From positions 1,216,001 through 1,280,000 of the forward strand of contig CAVUDW010000003.1 of NCBI GenBank assembly GCA_963740355.1: a DNA stretch of 64,000 bases. Reading direction: 5' to 3'. Of this stretch, positions 39,327 through 48,223 are shown piece by piece. Position 1 is the stretch's first letter. Every line of letters starts with the position of its first letter. Position numbers and translations under genes: made by a program. This DNA comes from an uncultured Gemmatimonadaceae bacterium. GTDB lineage: Bacteria > Gemmatimonadota > Gemmatimonadetes > Gemmatimonadales > Gemmatimonadaceae. Below the pieces are notes generated by a model. It was not told the origin of the DNA. It made no database searches and saw only the letters and a list, made by a program, of their open reading frames with translations.

Positions 39327-40079
39327 TCAGCGCACCGACAAGGTGATCGGGACCGTCGTGACGGCCGCCGGGTCCGGCTTCTGGTATTGCACGTCGAGCG
39401 TGAATTCGGTGACTTCGCGAGCGTCGATCAGCATGACGTTCGACTTGTTGATCGTGACGTTCTGCACGAAGGGCGAGCTTTCGAGCACGCGCATGAAGCG
39501 CGTCAGGGCCTGGATGTCGACGGTGTTGCCGACGATCTGGAACGTGACCGCCGGTTCGGCGACAGGCTTGGCCTTGGCCGCGGAGTCTGCCTTGTGCGTG
39601 GTGTCGCGCTGCGGCAGCACGGGCTTGGCCGACAGCTGCGTGATCGTCGTGATCCAGGTGTACGGCGGCAAGGCTCGGCTGATTTCGTCGAGGATGTGCG
39701 GCCAGACGTACCGGCTGTCGTCGATCTGCTGGATGATGCCGAGCTGTGTGATCAGCGAATCACGACGTGCGATGACGGCCTTGCGCTCACCGATGACGGC
39801 CGAGAAGCGCGCGGAATCGGCGAGCTCCTGCTGGAGGTTCTCGTCGAGCTTGGCCAGCTGGCGATCCTGGTACCAGAAGCCACCGCCAACGCCGAGCACT
39901 GCCAGTGCGACGGCGATGCCGGCGACGGCGGTGATCATCGGGCGTGCCGGCGCTGGCGCGCTGTCGTCCATGGCGGCCTGCGAATCCTTGTTGCTCGAGA
40001 AGCGCGACAGGAACGCGAGGCCCCCGGACTTCTTCTTACCGGAGCCTTCGCCCGGGCTGAGCAGGTTGATTTCAATCAT
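39327..40079 (-). CDS. pilN: Type IV pilus assembly protein PilN
   Basis: MIEINLL motif, TM, coiled coil, WPHILDEISRALP, FMRVLESSPFV. Confidence 0.92.
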   Translation of the reverse strand: MIEINLLSPGEGSGKKKSGGLAFLSRFSSNKDSQAAMDDSAPAPARPMITAVAGIAVALAVLGVGGGFWYQDRQLAKLDENLQQELADSARFSAVIGERKAVIARRDSLITQLGIIQQIDDSRYVWPHILDEISRALPPYTWITTITQLSAKPVLPQRDTTHKADSAAKAKPVAEPAVTFQIVGNTVDIQALTRFMRVLESSPFVQNVTINKSNVMLIDAREVTEFTLDVQYQKPDPAAVTTVPITLSVR

Positions 40080-40090
40080 GTGTCTGCTCC

Positions 40091-41140
40091 TCAGGCCACT
40101 TGGCGGAGTGCGAGACCGACCGGCAGCACCAGGAGCGACGCCACTTCATCGGCATTCACGTCGGCGAGTGCGCCATCGGCGACCGCCAGGTTGAGCAATG
40201 GGTTCACGGGCCGCACCGGGATGCGGAGCAGGCCAGCGAGGCGTTCCGCGAGACCCGTCACGCGTGCGCCGCCGCCGGCGATGTAGACCTCGCGGATCGG
40301 GCGCACGGTGCGCGACAGCGACTGGGCGACGGTGCCGGTCCGCTCGATTTCCTTCGCCAGTTCTTCACCGCGGCGATGCACGACGTTGTCGAGTGCCGGC
40401 GTGGTGGTGGCGGCGACGAGTGCCGAGTCGGCGTCGTCGGCGGTCATGCGTGCATCGCGCTGCAGGTCTTCGCGCAGGCGGCGAACGCCGACCGTGTTGT
40501 CACGGGTCAGGATCGGGATGCCGTCATCGAGCACGCTGACGTTGCAGACATCGTTGCCGATGTTGACCAGCGCCACCGTGCCGCGCATGGCATCGGGATG
40601 ATTGAATTCGAAGGCGTTGTGCAGGGCGAACGCCTCGACATCGACCACCTTCGGGTCGACGCCGGCATCCCGCAGCAGCTGCACACGCGCATCAATGAGG
40701 TCGCGCTTGGCGACAGCCAGCAGCACCGACATCTCGGCTCCTTCCCCGTCGGGATCGAGCACCTGATAGTCGAGTGCGATGGAGCTGGTATCGAAGGGAA
40801 CGATCTGCTCGGCCTCCCACTGCATGGCCTCGCGCAGTTCGCTCATCTTGTTGCGGTCGATCACGACCTTGCGGACGATGACATTGCCACCGCCGACGGC
40901 GGCCACAATGTGTGCGCCTTTCGTCTCAGCCGATGCCGCCGCAAGTGCATTCTGCACTGCGAGGATCACGAGCGCGTGATCCATGACTTCGCCTTCGACG
41001 ATTGCGTCGGCGGGGACTGGTTCGACGACGACTCGTTGCAGTTCCGGAAGGCCTTTGCCGTGATCAATCACGGCAATCTTGACCAGTCCTGAACCGATAT
41101 CGAGCCCGATCGTGACCTTACGTCGCTTGAAGAACGCCAT
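40091..41140 (-). CDS. pilM: Type IV pilus assembly protein PilM
   Basis: IGLDIGSGLVK, WEAEQIVPF, LDYQVL, VVDVEAFAL, IAGGGA, VNPL, VGLALR. Confidence 0.95.
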   Translation of the reverse strand: MAFFKRRKVTIGLDIGSGLVKIAVIDHGKGLPELQRVVVEPVPADAIVEGEVMDHALVILAVQNALAAASAETKGAHIVAAVGGGNVIVRKVVIDRNKMSELREAMQWEAEQIVPFDTSSIALDYQVLDPDGEGAEMSVLLAVAKRDLIDARVQLLRDAGVDPKVVDVEAFALHNAFEFNHPDAMRGTVALVNIGNDVCNVSVLDDGIPILTRDNTVGVRRLREDLQRDARMTADDADSALVAATTTPALDNVVHRRGEELAKEIERTGTVAQSLSRTVRPIREVYIAGGGARVTGLAERLAGLLRIPVRPVNPLLNLAVADGALADVNADEVASLLVLPVGLALRQVA

Positions 41141-41312
41141 CGGATTTGGGGCCAGGTGTGACGAGACCCGAACAGGGTCACCGGGGTGGGCGGTGAGCAC
41201 GGCACCGGAGCACGAGACGTCGCTCTGAAATGCCTTCGACAGGTGGGTCGAATTGCACACAGGGAACGAATGGCGGGCGAATAGGTAACGTCGGCGGCAC
41301 TGTGCACCGGAG

Positions 41313-42245
41313 TCAGAAGGGACTCAGATGTTTCCAGGTCGCGGTTGGACCAGGACTTGTCACACGTTCCACCGCACGTCGTATTGCGCACGCGTCGTAC
41401 TGAACTCGGTCGCCCGGACCGAGCCCTGATTGCCCTCCACCCGCATCGCCAGTGAGCACCGCGCCGGTCACGTCGAGTCGACCGCCGGCGGGCTGCACGG
41501 ACCCCCGTGCGATGAGCACTCCCGAGAGTCGAAGGTCGGCCTCGATCCGGGCATCTGAACCGAACACGACCATTCCGACGATCCGTAACGGCTGCCTGAT
41601 TCGATCTCGGGTCAGCCGGTAGGCGCCGACGAGCGAATCGCGCACGGTGTCGGGATCCACGGCCGGGAAGGCCGAGGAGTCGAGCCGAGTCGGGAAAGGC
41701 GTGGTTCGGGTCGGAGCGACGGTGCCCGGTGGTCGGCAGGTCCGTTCCGGGCCTGTGGGCAGCGGAACCTCGACCGTGGCTGCCGGATCGAGGAGCCAGC
41801 TGGAGACTCCTGTGAGTGCCGCCACAGGGATGTCGATCGGGCTGACGAGGGGAATGACGGTCCGCCGGTCGGACCGCCCCGACACGGCCGGCACGCCGCT
41901 CCGCTGATCTCCGAGGCCGCGGGCGACAAGCGTTTCCCAGCTGCTCCGTCCGAGCTGCGCCGACCACCGGCCACGTCCTGCGCCTCCGCCCCCGATTCGA
42001 AGCGACGTACCGGGAGCATCGAGCGTGTGCCAGGCACCCTCGCCGACCTGTTCCAATGCCAGGAATCGCGCCGAGTCGGCGAGGGCATCGGCGGTGGCGT
42101 GTGCTCGCTCGAGCGCCACGGATCGTGGGCCGGCGGCCGCCACACGCCAGAGCGTGATCGTGCAGATCCCCACGACGGCCGAGATGACGACGGCGAGCAG
42201 GAGTGCGCTTCCGGCGCGCCGGTGAGGGTCAGCGACTTCCGACAT
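41313..42245 (-). CDS. Minor pilin-like protein (PilX/GspK-type, no Glu5)
   Basis: RRAG|SALLLAVVISAVVG prepilin-like N-terminus; C-terminal G.L..RG.V / V.GAV / VQYD.CA; overlaps the upstream gene. Confidence 0.6.
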   Translation of the reverse strand: MSEVADPHRRAGSALLLAVVISAVVGICTITLWRVAAAGPRSVALERAHATADALADSARFLALEQVGEGAWHTLDAPGTSLRIGGGGAGRGRWSAQLGRSSWETLVARGLGDQRSGVPAVSGRSDRRTVIPLVSPIDIPVAALTGVSSWLLDPAATVEVPLPTGPERTCRPPGTVAPTRTTPFPTRLDSSAFPAVDPDTVRDSLVGAYRLTRDRIRQPLRIVGMVVFGSDARIEADLRLSGVLIARGSVQPAGGRLDVTGAVLTGDAGGGQSGLGPGDRVQYDACAIRRAVERVTSPGPTATWKHLSPF

Positions 42246-43107
42246 TGATCCGGACCGAGTCGACGAAACTGCCGAAGCGTGCATGTCGTGGCGCGCGGAG
42301 CTGCGCGACCACGGTTCGTGCCTGGGCGAGTGTGCTGTCGGCGAGTCGAGTGCCTCTGGCATCGAACGCGCTGACCACGAACCCACCGCCGTCGCTCGAG
42401 GTGGGGGCCGAGAGGGGCGCGTAGAGCGGTTGCGAGGCAGCGAAGGCGTTGGTGGACGTATCCCAGGTCGATTGCGAGAGCGACCATTGCCCATCACTGC
42501 TTCGCACGAGCGACCATCGTTCGCGTTGCAGCACACGAATCACGGTGCCGACCATCGTCGGTGGCAGCGTGTCACTGATGATCACGCGCTGACCGGCGGT
42601 CCCCGGCATCGGCGCCAACGAATCGCCACAGCTACCGCTCGCACTGCCGACGGCGCGCACGGACAAGCTGCGCCAGGTCGCGGACTGCGGGTGCCAGTAA
42701 CGGAGTTCATCATCGATGCTGACGGCGCGAGGCAGGACGGCGGCCCAGGGGAGCGTGTCGTCGCTTGCTGCGGACGCCGGCGCGAGCAGCACGACGGTGT
42801 CGGCGCGGACCCGGCATGCGCTGGTGACGCCGATGGTGGACATCAGGTCGAGCACCGAGTCATGCACTGACCGCAGGTCACCAGCCTGCGGATCTGCGTT
42901 CGCCACATGTCGCGAAAGGGTTTGCAGTGCGTCGCTGATCCCGGCTGCCCGGGTGTCGATCGTGCTGAGCTTCGTGAGCCCACCGACGGTGCGTCGTGCG
43001 CTGAGTGCGCCAATGCTCACGACGACCAGTGTGAGTATCAACGACACCAGCAATTCCGCGAGCGAGAATCCGCCGCGTGTGCGCTCGATCTCGTGCCGGC
43101 GGCGCAT
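42229..43107 (-). CDS. Minor pilin-like protein (PilW-type)
   Basis: RGG|FSLAELLVSLILTLVVV prepilin motif; ATG coupled to the upstream TGA. Confidence 0.75.
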   Translation of the reverse strand: MRRRHEIERTRGGFSLAELLVSLILTLVVVSIGALSARRTVGGLTKLSTIDTRAAGISDALQTLSRHVANADPQAGDLRSVHDSVLDLMSTIGVTSACRVRADTVVLLAPASAASDDTLPWAAVLPRAVSIDDELRYWHPQSATWRSLSVRAVGSASGSCGDSLAPMPGTAGQRVIISDTLPPTMVGTVIRVLQRERWSLVRSSDGQWSLSQSTWDTSTNAFAASQPLYAPLSAPTSSDGGGFVVSAFDARGTRLADSTLAQARTVVAQLRAPRHARFGSFVDSVRINVGSR

Positions 43108-43502
43108 CAGTCGCACCAGCGGGTACGGCTGAGCTGCACCGAGTCGGCTCGTGCGCTACTCGAGAGCGAAACGCTCGCGCGGGAGCCATGGCCAGTTCGA
43201 AGCGTGTTCAGTGCAATCAGCCAGCGCGGCTCCCTGACGCTGCGAGCGATTGCGCTGGTGTCACATGGCAGCGCGTCGAGATCGGCGAGCGCCCGCTCTG
43301 CGCGGTGCTGTGCGGCCCGCTCGAAGGCGGCATTGCCCAGCGCGCGTTCGGCGGCCGCAGTGGCACCGATGCCCCATGCCGCGGTGGCGCTGAGCAGGAC
43401 GAGCGCGAGGAGAACCTCGCAAAGCGAATTGCCCGCGCGGGCGGTGTTGGCAGGTGACATCGAGCGCTCCGGATGAGGATGCGCCGATGGTACCGCCGTC
43501 AT
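43107..43502 (-). CDS. Minor pilin-like protein (PilV-type, atypical cleavage site)
   Basis: RAG|NSLCEVLLALVLLS: Glu5 is present but Asn replaces Phe1. Confidence 0.65.
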   Translation of the reverse strand: MTAVPSAHPHPERSMSPANTARAGNSLCEVLLALVLLSATAAWGIGATAAAERALGNAAFERAAQHRAERALADLDALPCDTSAIARSVREPRWLIALNTLRTGHGSRASVSLSSSARADSVQLSRTRWCD

Positions 43503-43584
43503 TCAGTGATGCGTGAGGCAAAAACGTGCGCACATCATCAACACCACGCGAGACCTTCCCACCAAGCAGCCGGCGGCTGGGGCC

Positions 43585-44745
43585 CTACCCTGCCGCGATC
43601 GGCAGCAGGAGATGCACGGCCGTGCCGCCTTCACGCGAGCCATCGATCCAGATCGTGCCTCTCGCATCGAAGACGGTGCGTCGGATGGTGGCGAGTGTCA
43701 CGCCGAGCGGATCGCCGGGACGAGAGATCGCGAACGCATCGAAGGCACGCTGCTGATCGGCGGCAGCGGGTGTAGCGCCAGCATCAGTGATCACCAGCGA
43801 CAGCAGTTCTGCCCCTGGTTGTGCGCGTTGCACCCAGGTGCGCAACGAATCATCCGAGGCGCGTGGCACGATGGTGAGCCGGGAGTCACCCGTGCGGCGC
43901 ACTGGTGTTTCCTCGACACTGGAGCGGAAGATCCGCGAGACATGCAGCGTCACTTCGCGATCAGCGGGTGATGCCATGCGTGCCAGCAACAACAGCTCGC
44001 GAAGGTGATCGCGCAGACGCGCCCGATCGACCAGCACCAGCCCTCGTTCGGTCTCGAAGATCGCGTTGATGCCCTCGGCGTCCGCCGCAGGGAGTGCGGC
44101 GAGGACGCCGCGAATCTCTGCTACGATATCAACCGGCTCGAATGCGGCGGGAATCGGGGCCGTGACTCGGCGCAGGGCGCGCGTCGTATCGTCGAGCGAA
44201 GCCAGTGCATCGGTGGCCGCGGCGGAAACATGCTCGCCGCCCAGCGCGGCGCGCAGCGTCACCACGGCGCGATCGGCGGCGGCGGCGGCATCGTTCCCCA
44301 GCTGGGCGAGCAGGTCATTCGTCTCACGCTCGGCCGTGCGAAGCGCGGCGCGCGCGCCGGCGTCGGCGAATGCGGATGCCAGCGGAATGAGTGCACTGTC
44401 ACCGGTTGCGGTGGGGAGTCCGGCCACACCCACCGTTTGCACTTGGCGCTCGGCGTCCTGTGCGAGGGTGGCTGCATGTCGGCGCAACCATCGCTCGACA
44501 ACGAAGGAGAGGATGCCGACCAGCGCCACAGTGACCAGCGCGAAGACGCCGCCGACCGCGAGTGCGACGAAGGCCGGTGGCACGTAACGCGGCAGGAAGA
44601 AGACGATTCCGGCGCCGACCAGCAATGTGGCGGCGATTGGCCATGCGAGCGCGTCCTGCAAGGCTCGGCGTTCCGGCGGGGTTCGAACGGTGCGATCGGG
44701 TCGCGGCGTCATTGGAGGAGTCACGCGCGGAAACGTGAGCGACAA
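43585..44745 (-). CDS. Membrane-bound histidine-kinase-like protein with degenerate catalytic motifs
   Basis: Two TMs, HAMP-like LASAFAD, H-box equivalent LAQLGND, EPVDI, LVITDAG, RAFDAF, GTIWIDG...GGTAVHLLLP. Confidence 0.72.
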   Translation of the reverse strand: MSLTFPRVTPPMTPRPDRTVRTPPERRALQDALAWPIAATLLVGAGIVFFLPRYVPPAFVALAVGGVFALVTVALVGILSFVVERWLRRHAATLAQDAERQVQTVGVAGLPTATGDSALIPLASAFADAGARAALRTAERETNDLLAQLGNDAAAAADRAVVTLRAALGGEHVSAAATDALASLDDTTRALRRVTAPIPAAFEPVDIVAEIRGVLAALPAADAEGINAIFETERGLVLVDRARLRDHLRELLLLARMASPADREVTLHVSRIFRSSVEETPVRRTGDSRLTIVPRASDDSLRTWVQRAQPGAELLSLVITDAGATPAAADQQRAFDAFAISRPGDPLGVTLATIRRTVFDARGTIWIDGSREGGTAVHLLLPIAAG

Positions 44746-44874
44746 GAGGCCGTGCGCAAGGCGCGGACAGAAAGCCGGGCGCTCACGCCGGGCAGGTGGC
44801 GCGTGATGGCTGGGGACGGCGGATGTCGAGGATCGAACATTGGCGGGCCACGCGGAGCGATGGCGCGCGCGGCG

Positions 44875-45285
44875 TCACCAGCAGGACGGCGTGCCGTCCG
44901 GAACACCTGCAGGCATGCCGGTCGGGCGCGGCGCGGCACCTACGAAGACGCCACAGGTCTGGCTGCCGGGGATCACCAGCGTCGCATTCCAACCCGTCGT
45001 TCCCGCCGGTGCACCCGCCAGCGTGATGAGGAGCGACGTGTTGCCCGGACTCGGCGTGAAGTGCAGCGCGGCCGTGTCGGCAAGATTCCCGTATCGACCA
45101 TTGTTCGAATAGAAGGACTCTTGCTGCGTGGCCAGGTTATGGATGTCGGCCAGGCCGGCGGTGCGCGACGCGCGCTGCTTGGTGTTCGCGTACTTCGGGA
45201 TCGCGAGCGTTGCGAGGATCCCGATGACGACGACGACAATCAGCAGCTCGATGATCGTGAAGCCGTGCCGCTTTGCGACTGCCAT
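44875..45285 (-). CDS. Type IV pilin paralogue 1 (divergent, flanking)
   Basis: MAVAKRHG|FTIIELLIVVVVIGILATLAIP; C-terminal C...CW; AGGAG SD. Confidence 0.93.
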   Translation of the reverse strand: MAVAKRHGFTIIELLIVVVVIGILATLAIPKYANTKQRASRTAGLADIHNLATQQESFYSNNGRYGNLADTAALHFTPSPGNTSLLITLAGAPAGTTGWNATLVIPGSQTCGVFVGAAPRPTGMPAGVPDGTPSCW

Positions 45286-45411
45286 AACACTCCTGGACCA
45301 ACTTCCGGGGGAACACGCGCAGCGGGTGAACGACCGCCGAGGAGTGTCGGGAGGGCACGTCGCGTGCTGAAGCGCCGTGTCCGCCTTCGACGTCTCAACC
45401 CTGAAAAGCGT

Positions 45412-45443
45412 CACGGCCCGGCGAATGGGGGCGCCGGGCCGTG
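45412..45443 (-). terminator. Hairpin after pilin 2
   Basis: cacggcccggcg...cgccgggccgtg, followed on the minus strand by acgctttt. Confidence 0.75.
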
Positions 45444-45470
45444 CGGTCCATCAGGAATGCCGTCTGGCTG

Positions 45471-45878
45471 TTACCAGCAGACCGGCACACCCGACGGAGT
45501 CGTAGCAGGCATACCAGTCGGCGCCGAGGCGCTGCCGTGGTAGATGCCGCACTTCTGTGCGCCTGGGATCGTGATCAGTGCGCTCCAGCCGGTGGTCGAG
45601 GCGACGAGCGTGAGGCCCGTGTTTCCGGTCGACGGCGTGAAGTTCATCTTGCCGGCGGCGCTGCCCGTGTCGGCGATCGCCGCGTAGCGGTTGCTGTCGG
45701 CGTAGAAGCCTTCCTGCGAGGTGGCGAGGTTGCGCATGTCGGCGATGCCGGCGGCGCGGCTCGCACGCTGCTTCGTATTGGAGAACTTCGGGATGGCGAC
45801 CGCCGCCAGAATGCCGATGATGACGACGACGATCAGGAGTTCGATCAGAGTGAAGCCCTTCTTGTTCGTGCGTTCCAT
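45471..45878 (-). CDS. Type IV pilin paralogue 2
   Basis: KKG|FTLIELLIVVVIIGILAAVAIPKF; ends GVPVCW. Confidence 0.95.
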   Translation of the reverse strand: MERTNKKGFTLIELLIVVVIIGILAAVAIPKFSNTKQRASRAAGIADMRNLATSQEGFYADSNRYAAIADTGSAAGKMNFTPSTGNTGLTLVASTTGWSALITIPGAQKCGIYHGSASAPTGMPATTPSGVPVCW

Positions 45879-45958
45879 GGGAGTAGGCGGTTCGGGTCAA
45901 CATGCTGATGGCCATCGCGACATGCGCGGTCATCGTGCTTGCGTCGCCATGAGATAAG

Positions 45959-45973
45959 GCAAACTGGCAGCCA
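45959..45973 (-). promoter_or_regulatory. sigma54 -24/-12 promoter of pilin 2
   Basis: Minus strand TGGCTGCCAGTTTGC (GG-N10-GC). Confidence 0.75.
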
Positions 45974-45990
45974 CAACCATTGAATGCACG

Positions 45991-46015
45991 TAACGTGTTG
46001 ATTCACATGGTGTTA
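45991..46015. promoter_or_regulatory. Paired IHF-like site upstream of the pilin 2 promoter
   Basis: Minus strand AATCAACACGTTA matches WATCAA-N4-TTR exactly; equivalents at 46832, 47558 and 48240. Confidence 0.65.
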
Positions 46016-46052
46016 GGCAGACCCGAGGAACGCGTGACTGGTATGTCAGGCA

Positions 46053-46082
46053 TTGCATCTTACGACAGGTCCGGCATTTCGC
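46053..46082. promoter_or_regulatory. Putative activator (PilR) binding element
   Basis: ttgcatcttacgacaggtccggcatttcgc is 27/30 identical to 46893-46922, although the flanking DNA is dissimilar. Confidence 0.6.
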
Positions 46083-46238
46083 ATTGCTGGTGAGCGCCGA
46101 TTCATGCGAGGGGCGCCGAGGTTGGCGCACGGTGGCCGACGTCGTAAGAACAGCGGCTGACATATCGCACGGGAGCAGGTGGCGCAGGCCGCGGCGCTAC
46201 ATGGTACCAGTGTATCACAAAAACGTATCACAAAAACA

Positions 46239-46274
46239 CGATGGCCCCGTGCGCAGGAACGCACGGGGCCATCG
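46239..46274 (-). terminator. Intrinsic terminator after pilin 3
   Basis: cgatggccccgtgcg...cgcacggggccatcg (15-bp stem), then tgttttt on the minus strand. Confidence 0.85.
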
Positions 46275-46310
46275 AGATGGTCGAACGGAATCACATCACG
46301 AGCACGCGAT

Positions 46311-46718
46311 TTACCAGCAAACCGGGACACCGCTCGGATTCGTCGCCGGCATGCCGGTTGGACGCGCGGCGGTGCCGCTGAAGATGCCGCACTTCTGCGC
46401 GCCCGGAATCGTCACCAGTCCGCTCCAGCCTGTGGTCGTCGCAACCAGCGTCAGCGCCGTGTTTCCCGTCGACGGCGTGAAGTTCATCTTGCCGGCAGCT
46501 GTACCCGTATCGGCGATCGCGGCGTAGCGGCTCGAGTCGGCGAAGAAGCCTTCCTGTGCCGTGGCCAGGTTTCGCATGTCGGCGATGCCGGCCGAGCGTG
46601 AGGCTCGCTGCTTCGTGTTGGAGAACTTCGGGATCGCGACGGCGGCAAGAATGCCGATGATGACGACCACGATCAACAGTTCGATGAGCGTGAAGCCGAG
46701 CTTGGGTGAGCGCTTCAT
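46311..46718 (-). CDS. Type IV pilin paralogue 3
   Basis: MKRSPKLG|FTLIELLIVVVIIGILAAVAIPKF...GVPVCW. Confidence 0.95.
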   Translation of the reverse strand: MKRSPKLGFTLIELLIVVVIIGILAAVAIPKFSNTKQRASRSAGIADMRNLATAQEGFFADSSRYAAIADTGTAAGKMNFTPSTGNTALTLVATTTGWSGLVTIPGAQKCGIFSGTAARPTGMPATNPSGVPVCW

Positions 46719-46800
46719 GGGGGTCCGGTGGGGTCGGTGTCTTACGCAGTGCAGCGACGCGAAGCGCATCGCCGCATGGCGCAGTTGATTCCGAACTATC

Positions 46801-46815
46801 GCAATGCGCCGGCCA
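46801..46815 (-). promoter_or_regulatory. sigma54 promoter of pilin 3
   Basis: Minus strand TGGCCGGCGCATTGC. Confidence 0.75.
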
Positions 46816-46964
46816 GCCGGATTAGAATCGACAACACGTTGTCACACAATGACTTAGGGATTGCGTAACGACACCCGGTGGCCGCGCCACCGTTGCACCT
46901 TACGACGGATCCGGCATTTCGCGGCACGGATGTTTCCGGCCGCAGCGAGCAGCACCACCACACG

Positions 46965-47002
46965 ACGACGACCCGGCAGGCATCAGCCCACCGGGTCGTC
47001 GT
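46965..47002 (-). terminator. Hairpin after pilin 4 (no clear U-tract)
   Basis: acgacgacccgg...ccgggtcgtcgt. Confidence 0.55.
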
Positions 47003-47042
47003 GCGAGCGACCGAAATCGCCCGGATCAGGTGTCGCGTCGGA

Positions 47043-47450
47043 TTACCAGCAGACTGGCACGCCGTCCGGGTTCGTCGCCGGCATACCCGTCGGGCGCGCA
47101 GCCGTACCAGAGAAGATGCCGCACTTCTGGTTGCCAGGAATCGTCACCTCACCGCTCCAACCCGTCGCCGTGGCGACCAGCGTCAGGTTCGTGTTTCCGT
47201 TCGACGGCGTGAAATTCATCTTGCCAGCACCAGTACCGGTGTCCGCGATGGCGGCATACCGGCTGGAGTCGGCGAAGAAGCCTTCCTGGGCGGTGGCGAG
47301 GTTGCGCATGTCGGCGATACCAGCCGAACGCGAAGCACGCTGCTTGGTGTTCGAGAACTTCGGAATCGCTACCGCGGCGAGGATGCCGATGATCACAACC
47401 ACGATCAAGAGTTCGATCAGGGTGAAGCCCTTCTTCATGCTGCGTCGCAT
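47043..47450 (-). CDS. Type IV pilin paralogue 4 (candidate major pilin)
   Basis: MRRSMKKG|FTLIELL...GVPVCW; GGAGGA SD; several T-ending codons. Confidence 0.95.
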   Translation of the reverse strand: MRRSMKKGFTLIELLIVVVIIGILAAVAIPKFSNTKQRASRSAGIADMRNLATAQEGFFADSSRYAAIADTGTGAGKMNFTPSNGNTNLTLVATATGWSGEVTIPGNQKCGIFSGTAARPTGMPATNPDGVPVCW

Positions 47451-47526
47451 GGATGTCCTCCGTCAGAGTTGGTTGACTGTTGCCGCCCAGGCTGCAGAGG
47501 GCAGCCGGACTCGTCGGGGGAGTTGA

Positions 47527-47541
47527 GCAAGAGATTTGCCG
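47527..47541 (-). promoter_or_regulatory. sigma54 promoter of pilin 4
   Basis: Minus strand CGGCAAATCTCTTGC. Confidence 0.72.
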
Positions 47542-47665
47542 AGCTTTCCTGATGCGACAACCGTCTGGAACACAATCACTTGCGCGTTTAGCGACCTCGA
47601 GTACACGACCGTTTGCTCTCGCATCCTGCATGATCACTTGCAAATCGCCGCACTAGCCAGAACGA

Positions 47666-47701
47666 CACTGGCCCGGCGTGCCGAAGCACGCCGGGCCAGT
47701 G
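47666..47701 (-). terminator. Hairpin after pilin 5 with C(UUCG)G tetraloop
   Basis: cactggcccggcgtgc-cgaa-gcacgccgggccagtg, a perfect 16-bp stem. Confidence 0.8.
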
Positions 47702-47732
47702 GTCAGCCGACCGAAGTCAGCTGGTCAAGCGA

Positions 47733-48140
47733 TTACCAGCAAACCGGGACGCCGTCCGGGTTCGTTGCCGGCATGCCCGTCGGGCGTGCGGCGGTGCCGC
47801 TGAAGATACCGCACTTCTGAGCGCCCGGGATCGTCACCATGCCGCTCCAGCCCGTCGCCGTGGCGACCAGCGTCAGGGCGGTGTTTCCGTTCGACGGCGT
47901 GAAGTTCATCTTGCCAGTGCCCGTGCCGGTGTCCGCGATGGCGGCATAACGGCTGGAGTCGGCGAAGAAGCCTTCCTGCGCGGTGGCGAGGTTACGCATG
48001 TCGGCGATACCGGCCGAACGCGAAGCGCGCTGCTTGGTGTTCGAGAACTTCGGGATCGCGACGGCAGCCAGGATGCCGATGATGACCACGACGATCAAGA
48101 GTTCGATCAGGGTGAAGCCCTTCTTCATGCTGCGTCGCAT
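47733..48140 (-). CDS. Type IV pilin paralogue 5
   Basis: MRRSMKKG|FTLIELL...; differs from pilin 4 at 4 residues; GGAG SD. Confidence 0.95.
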   Translation of the reverse strand: MRRSMKKGFTLIELLIVVVIIGILAAVAIPKFSNTKQRASRSAGIADMRNLATAQEGFFADSSRYAAIADTGTGTGKMNFTPSNGNTALTLVATATGWSGMVTIPGAQKCGIFSGTAARPTGMPATNPDGVPVCW

Positions 48141-48208
48141 GCACAACTCCATAGTGGGAGACCGGTCACCGGTGTGGCACACTGCCAGCCGGCTCGGCCA
48201 CCATTAAG

Positions 48209-48223
48209 GCAAGGGCTTTGCCG
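48209..48223 (-). promoter_or_regulatory. sigma54 promoter of pilin 5
   Basis: Minus strand CGGCAAAGCCCTTGC. Confidence 0.72.

Noticed and set aside
43518..43532. Possible sigma54 promoter before the PilV-like gene (TGCGCACGTTTTTGC)
   Set aside because: It lacks the invariant -24 GG and the companion IHF/enhancer pattern.
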